Assembly: GCA_951406725.2 (NCBI GenBank)
Contig: OX597816.1
Span: forward strand, 1,240,001-1,304,000
Length of the DNA stretch: 64,000 bases
Source of the DNA: Octopus vulgaris
Lineage: Eukaryota
Reading direction: 5' to 3'
Below the pieces are notes generated by a model. That model ran no database searches. It was given only the letters and a program-made list of their open reading frames with translations, and was not told where the DNA came from. The position numbers and the translations under genes were made by a program. Each line of letters starts with the position of its first letter. Positions within the stretch are counted from its first letter, which is position 1. Positions 1 through 12,893 of the stretch are shown here, piece by piece.

Positions 1-719
1 ATCTTAGAAATAATAGAGAAAATGAAAATAAATACTTCATTCATATTTGTAATAAACGCTTTGTTCCTACATTTGTCGGTAATTAGTTCTTGCAAACATT
101 TTATAAAATACTTGTGAAGGTTCTAAAATCAAGCTTGTCCGACATGTCAGCCACCGTAGGATTGGTGCAGCTGGCTGTCAATCATTGGCCACACTCACAC
201 GCACACACAAGCCTGCACGCGCATGCGTGCGAACACAAACCTATGATTCAATCAACGGAAAGCCTCTGCCAACTCTGCGATCTGTAGCTCGTCTTGATCG
301 GAATATAACAATGTACATTCCATCTGGTCTTCAACAATAAACACAGGTTTTCGTTTGGAGCGATACTATATGACCCCCACTCCAGTTACTATACGCGGGA
401 CGTTTCAAAGTTCTCAATAGATCACCAACGAGCTTCGTCCATATTATTATCAAAAAGAGAGGGAATTTCTGTCAGCATCATCTGCCTACAGAAGACTCAG
501 CTTGAATCGAAAGCAATTTGCATCTTACTACCTCACCAACTTCCACCTTACTGCTGCCTCATCAAACCGACCAAACATCAGCCGATCCAGTAGAATGAAT
601 AAGATTCAATCGGCGCCAACATTGGCTTTATCACCTGATTTCTAATAATTGATAAATTTGCAATAAATAGTAACCGATTTCACCTGCTCACTATATACAG
701 CTATTTCATTATTAATATA

Positions 720-1090
720 CTAGCAGTATCGCCCGGCGTTGCTCGGGTTTGTAAGGGAAATAACTATATAAGCATTTTTAGAGATGTAAAGTATAATAGC
801 CATCTCAATATGGCTAACCACAAAGGGGGGTGTTACTGTAGCTTTTTACGTTCTGAGATTTAATAATAAATTTTTAGAGAGTTACTTCCCTTATATATGC
901 CAAAAGTGCATTAAAAATGGGGAAAATTGATGGTAAATTTTTTTTTAAATCGTAGACCAGAAGGGATCGATATGAATCACGACTATAAGATACTCGGTTT
1001 TGGTTAAACTGCACCGCAAAATGTGGGAGTAGTTAGGAATCTAAATCGTAGGAGACAGACAGCACACAACCTCACTTTTATATACAAAGA
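720..1090 (-). mobile_element. Non-autonomous Helitron-like element
   Basis: Minus strand starts 5'-TC (TCTTTGTATATAAAAGTGAGG) and ends with hairpin CCCGAGCAACGCCGGG followed by CTAG-3'. Inserted between A and T with no TSD. Confidence 0.75.
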
Positions 1091-1869
1091 TATTACTTCA
1101 GACGCGGTGTCATCAGCAAAAAGCTGAAAAGTGGATGTTTTGGAATAAGTATCAGATAGACTAATAGTTTTGGAATACGTAGATTGATGACATCAGCAAT
1201 AAATTGACCAATGATGATTTTGGAACATGTATCAGATTGACTAATGATGTCAGTAATAAACTAACTAGTAAAGGCTTTGGAAGGCCTTTAACAAACCATT
1301 TACCATTTTCTCTACTCGTTCCAAATTCAGCCTTGATATAAGCATTGTCATCAAGAAAGCAGAGACTGATGACGCTAGCCTTCACGTCTGTAGCTACAAT
1401 GACTGACTGTTGCTAGCCAAATTTTACTGAACAATCAACATTTGCGGCAATGTACTATCACAACGTCCTTATCTACTTGGGCAGATGATAAAACATGAAT
1501 AGTGCAAATTGACAAATTTCTTTTCCCTTTATGACTCCCACTCTCTCCCCCCCTCTCTCTCTCTCACTTTTTCTCCCTCCCAATTCTTTCTTCAACGCAA
1601 TTGTCTTAAGACAAGCTGCCTACTGTTTCGTTTTTTTTTTTATCTGATCGCTACTGACAATCAACTTTTGATGAAACATTCTCATCATGCGCACGCGCAC
1701 AGGAGCAGACGTGGTTGTGTGGTTAAGAAACATGCCTTGCAACGATATGGCTTCTGGTTGGACAAGTACAGCTCTGGATCAACCAATGACTTGCGAGTGA
1801 ATGTGGTAGACAGAAACTGTGCAAGCAACATTTTTCTAATTGAACACTGCAAGTCCCGGTATTGTTTCT

Positions 1870-2045
1870 TTTATTATTCTTTTTACACGTCTCAGTTGTT
1901 TGACTGCGGCCATGCTGGAGCACCGCCTTACAGGGTTTTAGTCGAAGAAATTGACCCCAGGATATTCTTTGTAAGCCTAGTACTTATTCTATCGGGGACA
2001 TAAACATGCCAGCATCGGTTGTCAAGCAATGGTCGGGGGACAAAC
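1870..2045 (-). mobile_element. SINE family B, 3' part
   Basis: Matches 49790-49970 and, inverted, 20945-21125 (GACTGCGGCCATGCTGGAGCACC...GTAAGCCTAGTACTTATTCTATCGG). Confidence 0.65.
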
Positions 2046-2087
2046 ACAGATAAAGATGCACACACATAAATATAATCACAAACATAT

Positions 2088-2253
2088 ATACGACGGGCTT
2101 CTTTCAGTTTCCATCTACCAAATACATTCACAAGGCTTTGGTTGGCCCAAGGCAATAGTAGAAGACACTTGCTCAAGGTGCCATGCAGTGAGACTGAAAC
2201 CGGAACCCTGCAGTTAGGAAGCAAACTTCTTACCATACAGCCATGCCTGCGCC
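2088..2253 (-). mobile_element. tRNA-derived SINE family A
   Basis: Minus strand GGCGCAGGCATGGCTGTATGGTAAG (A-box-like) ... GGTTCCGGTTTCAGTC (B-box-like) ... GGAAACTGAAAGAAGCCCGTCG. Close to the copy at 44248-44412. Confidence 0.75.
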
Positions 2254-4604
2254 ATTAGAGTTCTTTTTTTTATCTCCACCTTTCAGAAGTAACAGACAAT
2301 ATAGGTACAACAATCTCGTGATTATAAACAGCACGATTACTACTACTATCTTTTCTGTTTACTTGCACGTGTGGAAATTTTAAAGTTTAGTGAAAATTTC
2401 AAACTTGGTATATTGATGTAATTCTCCACGCTGAACCTTGCGGACTAATTCACTTTTCCCAGAAATTTTTTCCTAAAGTTACAGAGGTTTAAAGTTTGAT
2501 CATTTTTACCCAGTCAGAAAACAGGATTTGAAAACTGCTATTTTGTGCATAACTACACATGTTGTCAACTCTAAACAAATGAAACTTGGCGGAATTCTGC
2601 TTTATGCACGTCATATAACCCCTCATAACTTTTTTTTAAACTTTTTGGTATTTTCAGAAAATGTTTGCGAATTTGGATTCTAGGGAATTCATACGATCAT
2701 GCAAAAACCATTTTTAAAAATTTGGTGCACGATTTAAGGATAATTTTGCAAGCATTTTTAGCACATCTCACGACCACCTCACACCTCATGTGTTTTAAAT
2801 ATTTAACAAGCGAAAAATTACCACGTGGGTAAGCAGCTTAGTAATAGGTTGGCTTGTTACTATGGAAACGTTGATGGCTTTAGATTGGCTAAAATTACCC
2901 TTAATTTGCAAACTTTAAAAGTTATAAACTCTTTATTGGTTTATGGCGAAAATGAATTTCCTGTCAATGATTACCAGGCAAAACTACATCAACACATCAA
3001 ATATGAAATAAATTGGAACAAAAATTGAAGAAATTGAAAAGTGGCAGCCAAAGAGAACTACTACCACCACAAACATTTTTCCATTTTCTTCTATCCTGTT
3101 TGGGAAGTGCTTGTATTAAATAATCTGTAATTATGAAAAAAAAAAAGAAAGAATCCACAGTCGAGTTGCCACATACTTCAATGGAGGTGTAAAACCTTTA
3201 ATGTTGCTTGTCACACTCAAACTCTATTTTTAACATTTTGTTGTACATATAAAGCAATTCTGTGTAATTATATGTACAACTTGTACCCTGCCAAAACATG
3301 TCAAAACCTTTAAGGAAAAACCCAGAAAGATAGAAGTATTATCCAAAATAGGACTATTTACCAATGTTCTCCTATTATGCTATTTTAAACTTCCACAAAC
3401 TGCTACAGTAGGGTCTATAAGTTGGGGAGGTAGTGGGAGTCATTTAGTACATGGACCCTTTCTTTTCTCAGAAAGCTAAGGAGTCCATGTATACCTGACA
3501 TGATCCTTCCAAAAATAAACCCCCTCAACTCTCTTTGCATTTTGAAAGGAACCATCCCTGTGCCCCAGGAACCAAAAAGCAGTTCTTTATCTGCCTTGCA
3601 GAATTACATTCTCTCAGGATTGCAAATGAACATAATCTCTGTTTTTTCCTATTCTATTATCCATAGATGTCTAGTTATTATTCTACAGCAGTACTTCTCA
3701 AAGTGGGTAGTACTGCACCCTAAAGTATTTTGTAGAAAATTTTATATGGGACTAGGGACAAAGTAGTTGTAGGGGCAATTGATGTTGCATTTTGCAGTTT
3801 TTATCACTTCTATTTAAATGTTAACTTTAAAATAGGTCTCTGTTTATATAATGATAGCCAATATAAATATTGCTTGGTTGATTTCTCCAGTCTTACTTTA
3901 CTTTGTAAAGAAAGGAGAGAGAGAGAGAGAAAGTAAAAGGGAAACACAGAGAGAATTAACATAAAAGGTGCAGAATGAGTCATATAACTTCCTCAAAAAA
4001 TTTTTATATGAATTTTGTACTTTGTAGAATTTTTTCTATGGTATGGATTGCGATTATGTTGATAAAATTCAGGAAAATAATAATTTGTTGTAAAAATACA
4101 AATGAGAAATTTGTTTTATTTTATATTAATGTAATGAATATTCTTCTTTTAAAAATTAGTATCCGTTTCATTATTTTATATAAACACCAAGAATTTGATA
4201 AAAGTTAAGTTATAATTATTGTATGTCTGCCATATTTTCTGATACTATCTCTGGTGGCAAAAGTAGACATGTTACCTGTCATATGACAAATAACATTCTA
4301 AAGCTGCTTGCTAGGCACAATCATAACAGCAGCAACAACAACAACAATAGTTTTCTGATTTCAGTATAAGGCTGGCAATTGTAAAGAGAAGGGTTTAGTT
4401 GATATCATCAACATCAGTACTTGGCAGCTACTTTATATTCCATTGGCTCAGGGTGGATAAAAGGCAACGTTAACCACAGTATGATTTGAACACAGAATGT
4501 AAAGAGTCAGAATGAGTATCATCAATAAATAAACTTAATTTTCGAAAGTAATATCAAATTTCATTGCCTGTGTGAATTATCTGGTAATATTATTAGCTGC
4601 AATT

Positions 4605-4770
4605 AGGTAGCAAGCTCACAGAATGGTTTGCATGCCAGGCAAGATGCTTCACAGCATTTTGTCCATCTTTATGTTCTGAGTTCAAATTCCACCAAGGTCA
4701 GCTTTGCTTTTCTTCTTTTTGGGACCAATAAAATAAAATCGCTGGCCTTGTACCAAAATTTGAAATCAGT
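4605..4770 (+). mobile_element. tRNA-derived SINE family B (diverged)
   Basis: GCATGCCAGGCAAGATGCTT...TTCTGAGTTCAAATTCCACCAAGGTCAGCTTTGC; same layout as copies at 37495, 38388 and 41131. Confidence 0.65.
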
Positions 4771-4815
4771 TTTATTGGTTGTAATGTTGTTTTGAAATTC
4801 TATCTTATAATTCTG

Positions 4816-5645
4816 GGGGCTAATCAAGTTTCACACCTCTCCTTGAAAAATGCATTTTTTTGAAAAGTTTTTCTTCAGATTCCTACGTTTTAGATGTCGG
4901 AGATTACAAATATGCAAAAAAAAAAAAAATTACCACCACCACCACTTCCCACTCCTGTTTAAAATTTTGAACTTTTTCGAAATTTTTTCCCTTATGTTTT
5001 AGATTATAGAGATTCTGGATATGCAAGAAACCATGTTTTGAAACTTTTAAATTGAACAAGCATATAGATAGGTGTATAAAGATATAAATGAATGTCTTCC
5101 AGGGGCTAAAAACAACAGAACACCATCTTCTATAGGACCGCCACATTTAATTGACAAATATATTTTATGAATAAACAGATAGGGATAAATAGATAGACAG
5201 ACAAATACATAAATGGATGAAAAAGTTTCAAAATTTAAAATTGGGGGAGGGATGAAATTTGAGCCCCTTATTAAACTTCATAACAATTATTAAATATTAA
5301 TGTTTGCTTCTCATAAAATGGCTCACATGGGGATTTGGTGTATATTTACTTTACATTATATTATTATTTATGATTATTTAAGACAATCACAAGTAAAACA
5401 CAAATTCTTTTAACTTTAATGTTTTTGTCTGTATTTAATTTCGATTTGCATATGTTCGTCAATTTGCTACAATCTATTTAAAGTAAACAAAATCAAAAAT
5501 TTTAATTTGCGTGGGGGATGAAATAAAATTTTTTTTTTTTTTTTGCATATTCATAATCTTCAACATCTAAAACATAGGAATCCGAAAAAATTACTTTAAA
5601 AAAAAATGGATTTTTCAAGGAGAGGTGCGAAACTGCATTAGCTCC
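4816..5645. mobile_element. MITE / foldback-type non-autonomous DNA transposon
   Basis: About 115-bp imperfect terminal inverted repeats (GGGGCTAATCAAGTTTCACACCTCTCCTTGAAAAAT... / ...ATTTTTCAAGGAGAGGTGCGAAACTGCATTAGCTCC). Exact 8-bp TSD TAATTCTG at 4808-4815 and 5646-5653. Confidence 0.85.
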
Positions 5646-6194
5646 TAATTCTGCTTGTTCCTCTGTTACTTAGCCTGTCCATAATGCTTTCATGTGATTA
5701 GTTGAAGAAAGAAACGAAATAAAGGGAGAGGTGGTGGGGAGTGAAATGTGTAATTTTTATATTTAACTAAGTTTTTTTTCCTCCGTCACTTAGCCCATCT
5801 GTAACATTTTTATGTGGTTAGTTGAGGGGTCAGGCAAAGAGCAAGAGAAAAAGGAGAGAGAAAAAGGGAGTAAGGTGAAGAGTGAGAACGAAAGACGGAG
5901 AGTGCTGTAAAATCATGCATAATGTATATAAAGTGCATTAAGTAATCATCTTGTTCCAATTTCCTTCACTTTTCAATGATTAGCAGATGAGCAACTATCT
6001 TTTGCTACAAACACAACACAGATTATGCTTTCAGGTTTTTTGGATAATAATATTTTTTCAGAAATAACCTAATAAGTTTACCATTAATTCCGTGAAATAT
6101 TCATGGGTCCCACTAGTATAATATATTGATGGAATGACTTATGTACAGGTAGTCTTTTAACGGTGATCAACCTGTTGGAAATAAGTTTTTTTGC

Positions 6195-6463
6195 CGTCTG
6201 ACTGGCTCCCATGCCGGTGGCTCGTAAAAAGCACTGTCCGAATGTGATCAATGCCAGGCCCGCCTGACTGGCTCCTGTACTGGTGGCACGTAAAAATCAC
6301 CCACTACACTCTCAGAGTGGTTGGTGTTAGTAAAGGCGTCCAGCTGTAGAAACTCTGCCAGATCAGATTGGAGCCTGGTGCAGCCACTGGCTCTCCAGAC
6401 CTCAGTCAAATCGTCCATCCAATGCCAGCATGTAAAACAGACATTAAACGATGATGATGATGA
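6195..6463 (+). mobile_element. RTE LINE 3' UTR fragment with (GAT)n tail
   Basis: Matches the 3' UTR of the RTE copy at 46770-47267; ends TTAAACGATGATGATGAT. Confidence 0.8.
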
Positions 6464-7269
6464 TCCCATCGTTTCATGAAGAGAACAGGCGAAATCCTTT
6501 AATTGAATTAACAGACCTCCCTCATTATCAGTGTCCACAAACACCTACATGTATAGTACCTTGTCATCATATTTCAGAAATAGCAGATGAGGCACACCAA
6601 GAAAAACAATTTAGTGGCTTCCATGTCAAAGCATGATAACCACCACAGTTACACGTGACCAATGTAATAATTCTGCAACACTATTGAACTGTACAGAAAT
6701 AACTGTTGGGGAAGTAGTGATTGTGTTCTTGCCAATTCAGTATTGATTGATTACATGAAATGATAGAATGTCACTGTCATCAGTCCCGACCAATACACTT
6801 TCATTTTTTAACCCCTAAACTGCATGTTAACCTGTAAGAAAAGGGAGTGATAGTTAAAATATTAGAGATGCATTGTTTAAAGGCAATGTTTTGCTGTTTG
6901 TGTAGTTTGTGTAATAGTTTGAAACCTCAAGTTTTACAACTGTTACTTCTACATTAAGAACGATAGATTACATTGGTTGCTAGCATCATCTTTAAAGTTG
7001 TATTAGGTTTGTTATTAATGAGTGGTTTCCACAGAAGTGTTTTGAGGATAAATTGTTTATGAAAAGAACAAAACAAGAAAAAAAACTCACCACAAAGTTG
7101 GTGTATGATGTTTTTGTTGGGTAAGCTGGTTGATGATGTACTTATCTATTTTATATTTAACACGCATCTGTTATAAATAATGATCGTTGTAAATCTTAAA
7201 TGTTTAAATTGGGTGTATCATATTTGTGCTCTTGTATTAAAAAAAAACATCACTATATCATCACTATAT

Positions 7270-7271
<2 letters not shown>

Positions 7272-7311
<40 letters not shown>
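7272..7311. repeat. (TG)n microsatellite
   Basis: Direct reading. Confidence 0.95.
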
Positions 7312-7315
<4 letters not shown>

Positions 7316-7721
7316 ACACACAGACACAAATATACATTTATATATGCATACTATCTTGGTAGAATAACTTATTCTAGCCTCAAGTATGTTGAATTCTGTA
7401 GCTCATGAGTAAACTTATCCTCATCTCAAAACAAGTTAAATACTCAGAAATAACATTTAAATGACAAAGAGTATGTATCCATCAACACACTGACTTTCAG
7501 AGCTAACACAAAACTGAATTCTTGTATTTTTTAATTTTTTATGAGAGCTGAGTGGCAATGGTGGTAAGAGAATACCAAGAAAAAAAACTACTACAAATTT
7601 TACTGAGTGTACTCTCCTCCAGTTATTGAGGCTTTACAATGGTATAACTAAAATGTGTTGCCCCAAGGCAGTGCCTGCTTTAGCTCCTTCATCCCATGGA
7701 AAAACACTGCACAAAATATAT

Positions 7722-8388
7722 ATCATCATCATCATCGTTTAACATCCGTTTTCCATGCTGGCATGGTTTGGATGGTTTGACTGAGGTCTGGAGAGCCAGC
7801 AGCTGCACCAGGCTCCAATCTGATCTGGCAATGTTTCTACAGCTGGATGCTCTTCCTAACACCAAGAGTGTAATGAGTGCTTTTTATGTGCAACCGGCAC
7901 AGGAGCCAGTCAGGTGGACCTGGCATCAACCATGTTTGGGTGGTGCTTTTTATATGCCACCAGCACAGGACCCTGTCTGGGAGCACTGGCATCGGCCACG
8001 TTCAGTTGGTGCTTTTTATGTGCCACCAGCACGGGAGCCAGTCAGGCAGACCTGGCATCGACCACGTTCAGATGGTGCTTTTTACATGCCACTGGCACGG
8101 GAGCCAGTCAGGGATAACTGGCCACAGCTACGATATTGGTTTTACTTGACTCAACAGGTCTTCTCAAGCATATCATATCACCCGATGCATCAGAGGTATT
8201 CTTAACAGGGCCAGACATGCTTGGCTGCGATCTCACTTTAGCTGCCAGAACCTCTAAATCACAGCATATCTTCAAAGGTCCCGGTCTCCTGTCATTGCCT
8301 CTGTGAGGCCCAATGTTTGAAGGTCATGCTTCACCACCCCATCCCATGTCTTCCTAGGTCTACCACTTCCACAGGTTCTTTCTTGCAC
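7722..8388 (-). mobile_element. RTE LINE 3' end (ORF C-terminus plus 3' UTR with four 66-bp modules)
   Basis: (ATC)n tail at 7722; 66-bp modules at 7877/7943/8009/8075; GRPRKTWD..VKHDL-type coding remnant near 8320-8375. Confidence 0.8.
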
Positions 8389-8479
8389 TCCACATTTGAA
8401 GCTGTTCTTTCTCTCTTTTTAATTGTGAGTTCATTTTGATTGGCCACCTGACTCTGAATGAAAACATCTTCTTTTTGCT

Positions 8480-9850
8480 CATCGTCCTTTAAATCATAAC
8501 GTCTTACAGATTCCTTTTTGTCCCAGGTATCGTGATCAGTTGTAGCAGATGAATTAAGGATTTATATTCTCTTCCCAAGAACCCAGGTTCATCCATACTC
8601 TGATCCACACTGGTTGGTATGTATCCTGATGCTCCAATAATAATGGATATGAAACTGAAAGCGTATCTTGGGTACTGGATTTGCACACTCCTTATCAATG
8701 GTCCATAGATATCCTCTTGTACTTTTTTAACCATATTGATGTCCAGGGGGCAGCTGATTTCCGCGACAGACAACTATTTGACTGGTTGTGTTTTAACTTA
8801 GTGACTGTTTTAATTTTTAAGCTCCAACAGTATTCTTTTGAACCATTTGTCTTAATGTAACCAACTCCATCTATTGGTGACTTCTTTTTTCTTATCCTGC
8901 TCCAGATTGTTATGGCCATTGCTTCATGGCTTATGGGAAGATAATAGCTGGAAGACATTCTCTTGATGTTGGCAATAATGAGGCATATGTCTTCCGTCTT
9001 ACTTTTTGTCTATCAGTGTTTTCTACTGATAGATGCTGCAAGGTACTGGTAGGGATCACTTGTTCTAGAAATGCATTGAAAGTGGGATGTCACAAACTTG
9101 CCAGTATTCTATGCCTGGCTTTTGATATGATATATTCCTTTGATGGTTTTTGTCTTTTGTACCAAGTACCTATGTACTACCATCTCAGTGAACTAAACCA
9201 TTTTTTTATTTTGTTCTTTGATAAATAGAATTTACCAATTCTCGTTGGAGAAAAATCTGTATCAGCCCTTATTTCATGTCACTCTTCAGTTTCATTAGCT
9301 CTCCAAACCATGTTGTTGATTTTGTGGTTGCAAACTTTGGTAAGATAGTTACTGTCCTCTTTCCTCTGCAGAAGATGCTACTTCAATGTCGCAATCCATG
9401 CTTCATATGACATCAATACAGATTTAAGGCTGCAGCTACCATCCTTGTGTGGTAAGTATAGCCTGTCTACATTTCCATTGATGTTGAAGTTTCCAGTAAC
9501 ACAGAGCTGCCTGTAAGTTTGTACATCTATCTCACTGAGTTCTTAACCTGAGCAGTTTAGAAGGCCAGATGTGGATATAAGAACAGGTATTACAAAAGTG
9601 TTGTTGGTGACATGCTTGTTGTAAGCAGAGAGTTAAGATAACCACATTTTTTAAACTCTTTTAAGGAACTCATACCTTATCCTCTCTTTATTGACATTTT
9701 CATCCTGACCAAAGATACTTGTAGCTTTTCCAAGAGAGCAAAGTCTATATTTCTAGGTTACTCATGTTTAATGTATTGGAAGAGGGAATAAATTTCCTGT
9801 TAAACTACCAAAAATGCACATTTGCACTCAACAAATTTCATTCCAATGTT
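8480..9850 (-). mobile_element. Degenerate R4/Dong-clade (restriction-like endonuclease) non-LTR retrotransposon
   Basis: Minus-strand remnants: GNVDRLYLPHKDG (DRLY..R..GGRG motif), YLPISHEAMA (RHD-like), KLKHNQ, EISCPLDIN..K, and IIIGASG of the RLE domain. Many stops and frameshifts. Confidence 0.7.
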
Positions 9851-9860
9851 TCTGCACGTA

Positions 9861-9899
<39 letters not shown>

Positions 9900-10866
9900 T
9901 TCCATAGTTGGATGCCCTTCCTAATGCCAACCACTTTATAAAACATGCTGGGTGTTTTTTTTTATGGCACAGTTGCGTTTATGCACCATCAGCACAAGTG
10001 TATTTACACAGCACTGGCATGAGTGCATTTTACATGGCACCAGAATGAGTGCATGAGTCTTTTCAAGTGCAGCAAATCACCACAACTCCTGGCCCCTTGT
10101 CATTTCCTCAGTGAGGCCCAGCATCTGTAGATCCTTCCTCACCACTTTGTCCAACATCTTTCTGGGTCTGCCCCTTCCACAAGTTCCCACAAACAATTCG
10201 TGATAAGCATTTCTTTAAGCAGCTGTCCTCATCCATACGCATCATATGACCAAACCAGCAGCAGTCTTCTCTCTTGCACACAGCATCTGATGCTTCTTGT
10301 ACCCAGTTTTCCTCTTAAATCATTTACACTCTGTCGTGTGTGTCCACTGACATTCATAGGAACATGCTAGCTTCATGTTTTTCAAACATTTGCAAGTCCT
10401 CTGTAGTCAAAGCCCACGTTTCACTGCCATGTGGTATAGCTGCATGTACACAGGCACCATACAATCTGCCTTTCACTCTGAGTGAGAAGCTCTTAGTTAC
10501 CAACAAAGATAGAAGCTCTCTGAACTTCACCCAGCTTGTTCTTATCCTAGCAACTGTGCTTTCAGAACTTCCTCCTCTACTGCTAACTTGGTTGCCTAGG
10601 TAACAGAAGCTACTACTACTTCTAAGAATTCCCACAAGCATTTGAGGAAGTCTATTGTCTGTGCATTTTTAGTGCTTATTGTATTTGCACATTTGCCACA
10701 CACAAAGACTATTTTCTCTGTTAACCTTCCTGTGATACTGTTACACCACTTATGTATCCAAAGCTTGCACTGGGTACAACAGATGATAGAAAGTCTACCT
10801 TTCTTACATATCGAGCAGGTCCATCTACCTGAAGAGACTTGAGATTTGTCTGCTTTCTTACTTCTT
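9900..10866 (-). mobile_element. 5'-truncated RTE LINE (PHD finger plus RT thumb region)
   Basis: GRWTCSICKKG...CTQCKLWIHKWC...CGKC; YLGNQVSSRGG; RLYGACV..AIPHGSETW. Homologous to 45040-47267. Confidence 0.85.
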
Positions 10867-10939
10867 TGGTATACACACACACACACATATATATGTGTGT
10901 GTGTGTGTGTGTGTATGTCATCTTTATCCTTATCATGAT

Positions 10940-11160
10940 AATCATTATCATTTAATAGCCATGTTTCATGCTGGCGGCATGGGTTAGATGGTTTGACAGA
11001 ATTCGATGGATCCAAGGATGGCATTGTGTTCCAGTGTCTGCTTTGGTGTCTGCTTTCTATGACTGGATGCTCTTCCTAACATCAGCAACTTTACAACGTT
11101 TACAGGGCATTTGGTGCTACCAGCACTATTGAGGTCACCATGCAGTTTGCAGGACTACAA
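10940..11160 (-). mobile_element. RTE 3' UTR-derived fragment
   Basis: TCATTTAAT...CATGCTGGC...CTGGATGCTCTTCCTAAC motif shared with other RTE 3' ends. Confidence 0.6.
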
Positions 11161-11719
11161 ACTGCAGGGGAGGGGGGAATCAGGTCCATGCTAGGACACG
11201 AGAAAATAAAGTACTGGAGAGAGTGGGACCGGAGCAGGTTCTTGTAAAGGATCTGAATGGCTACTCACATTTAGTAGGAGAGGAGACAGTGAAATGATCA
11301 GTAGAAACAGCAAAGATATAGACTGTGGAGATGAGGTGCCCAGGTGGCACTCATGGCACAAGGTAAGTAGAAGTAGGTGGGTGGATGGTTTGCAATATTG
11401 TGTGGGGTAGTAGGCAATGATAAGAATGGGAAGGCAGACTGCATCTGTGAATACTGAGTAGGGTTGAAGGATGAATGATCAATGAGCCAAGAGTGAAGAT
11501 AGAGGGATGCAGATGAGAACAGGGTGGGGAGGACAAGTTGCAGGTAGTCTTCAGGAGCCAGGGTGAGGAAAGGCAGGCATAATGGGAGGTAATTTGGTTT
11601 AGTAGGAGTGGGAGGGCGAATCATTGTAACATGTGAGGGGAGAGCTCAATATAAATAGCATTTCCTGAACACAGTTTCACTGAGAAGGATGAGTGTTTTT
11701 GAAAACCTCATATTGCCAA

Positions 11720-12855
11720 ACATTCCTGTCCTTTGCCATTTCCTCCATGAGGCTCAGGATCTTTAAGTCAGCCTTCATCACTTCATCCCATGTCTTCTTG
11801 GGTATCCTCCTTTCACAAGTCCCAACCTTATTAAGCAACTAGCACCTCCACATACAGATGTTCTCATCCATATACATCCAAAGCCCATACCAGTGCTTTT
11901 CTCCAATGTCTTTCATGCACACTGCACAGCCAATGGAGCCTGCTTACTTCATTGCTTTCCAGTCTTCTCAAGTTCTCTGCATTCAAGGCCCCTGTCTCAC
12001 TACCATGCAGCACTATAGTTCTAACACAAGCATCATACTGTCTAGCTTTCATTCTAAAGGAAAAGATAATTGATGCTAGCAGTAGTAATAGTTCCCTGAA
12101 CCTTTTCTCCAACCTCTTCTGACTCTAGTTATTATACTTTCAAAGCAGTCAGCCTCCCTTGCTAATTACATCTCATAGATAACAAAAGCTATCAACTTCT
12201 TCTAGTGAGCCATCTCAGTATGTAAGGGAATCTATTTCCAGTGTGCCCCTACATACTGCCCCAGTGCATCTACCACATAAGAAGCTTACAATCTCAGATA
12301 GCCTGCTTGTGGTTCCACTACATCTCTTGTGTGTCCATAGCTTACATCGTGTACAGTGTATGGAGTTTATGCCTATTCCTTTACATATCAAGCAAGGCCA
12401 TTTGCCCAAAGCTATCTTGGCCCTGTATTCTTTCCTACTTATTAAATCTTTTGTCTTTGCTAGGTTTACCTTAAGGCCTCTCAATTCTAGGTTTAGCTTC
12501 CATGCCTGGAATTTCTTCTCTAATTCCTCTAAAGATTTAGCTACAAGAACAAGATCATCATCATATAGGAGTTCCTATGGACAGCCAGTTTTAAACTCCC
12601 CTATGATAAATGGGAGAAGATTGAGGTCTGAACTTTGACCTTCGCACTAAATTCATCACTGAAATCATTGCCAACTCTCACTTTACTTACTGCATCCTTG
12701 TACTTCGCTTCTACCATTCTCCCAAACCATTCATCTGCTCCTAGTTTCGTCAGTGAGCATGCTACTTAATCAAATACTTTCTTCAAATCAATGAAAGCTA
12801 GGAATAGCAGTTTCTTCCAGAAACAAAGCCCAGTTGCATTACCTCCAGGTCTAAT

Positions 12856-12856
<1 letters not shown>
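11720..12856 (-). mobile_element. Degenerate 5'-truncated RTE LINE
   Basis: ELLYDDDL, GLKVNLAKTK, GKWPCLICKG..CTRCKLWTHKRC..CGRC, LHGSETGAL; frameshifted. Confidence 0.85.

Positions 12857-12893
<37 letters not shown>

Noticed and set aside
280-600. CpG-containing segment possibly from a Penelope-like element
   Set aside because: No interpretable protein motif or complete ribozyme core could be read.
7696-8205. 169-aa ORF with 22-aa repeats (and similar ORFs at 44458-44911, 46891-47237, 53576-53957)
   Set aside because: Antisense readings of the 63-66-bp modules in the RTE 3' UTR.
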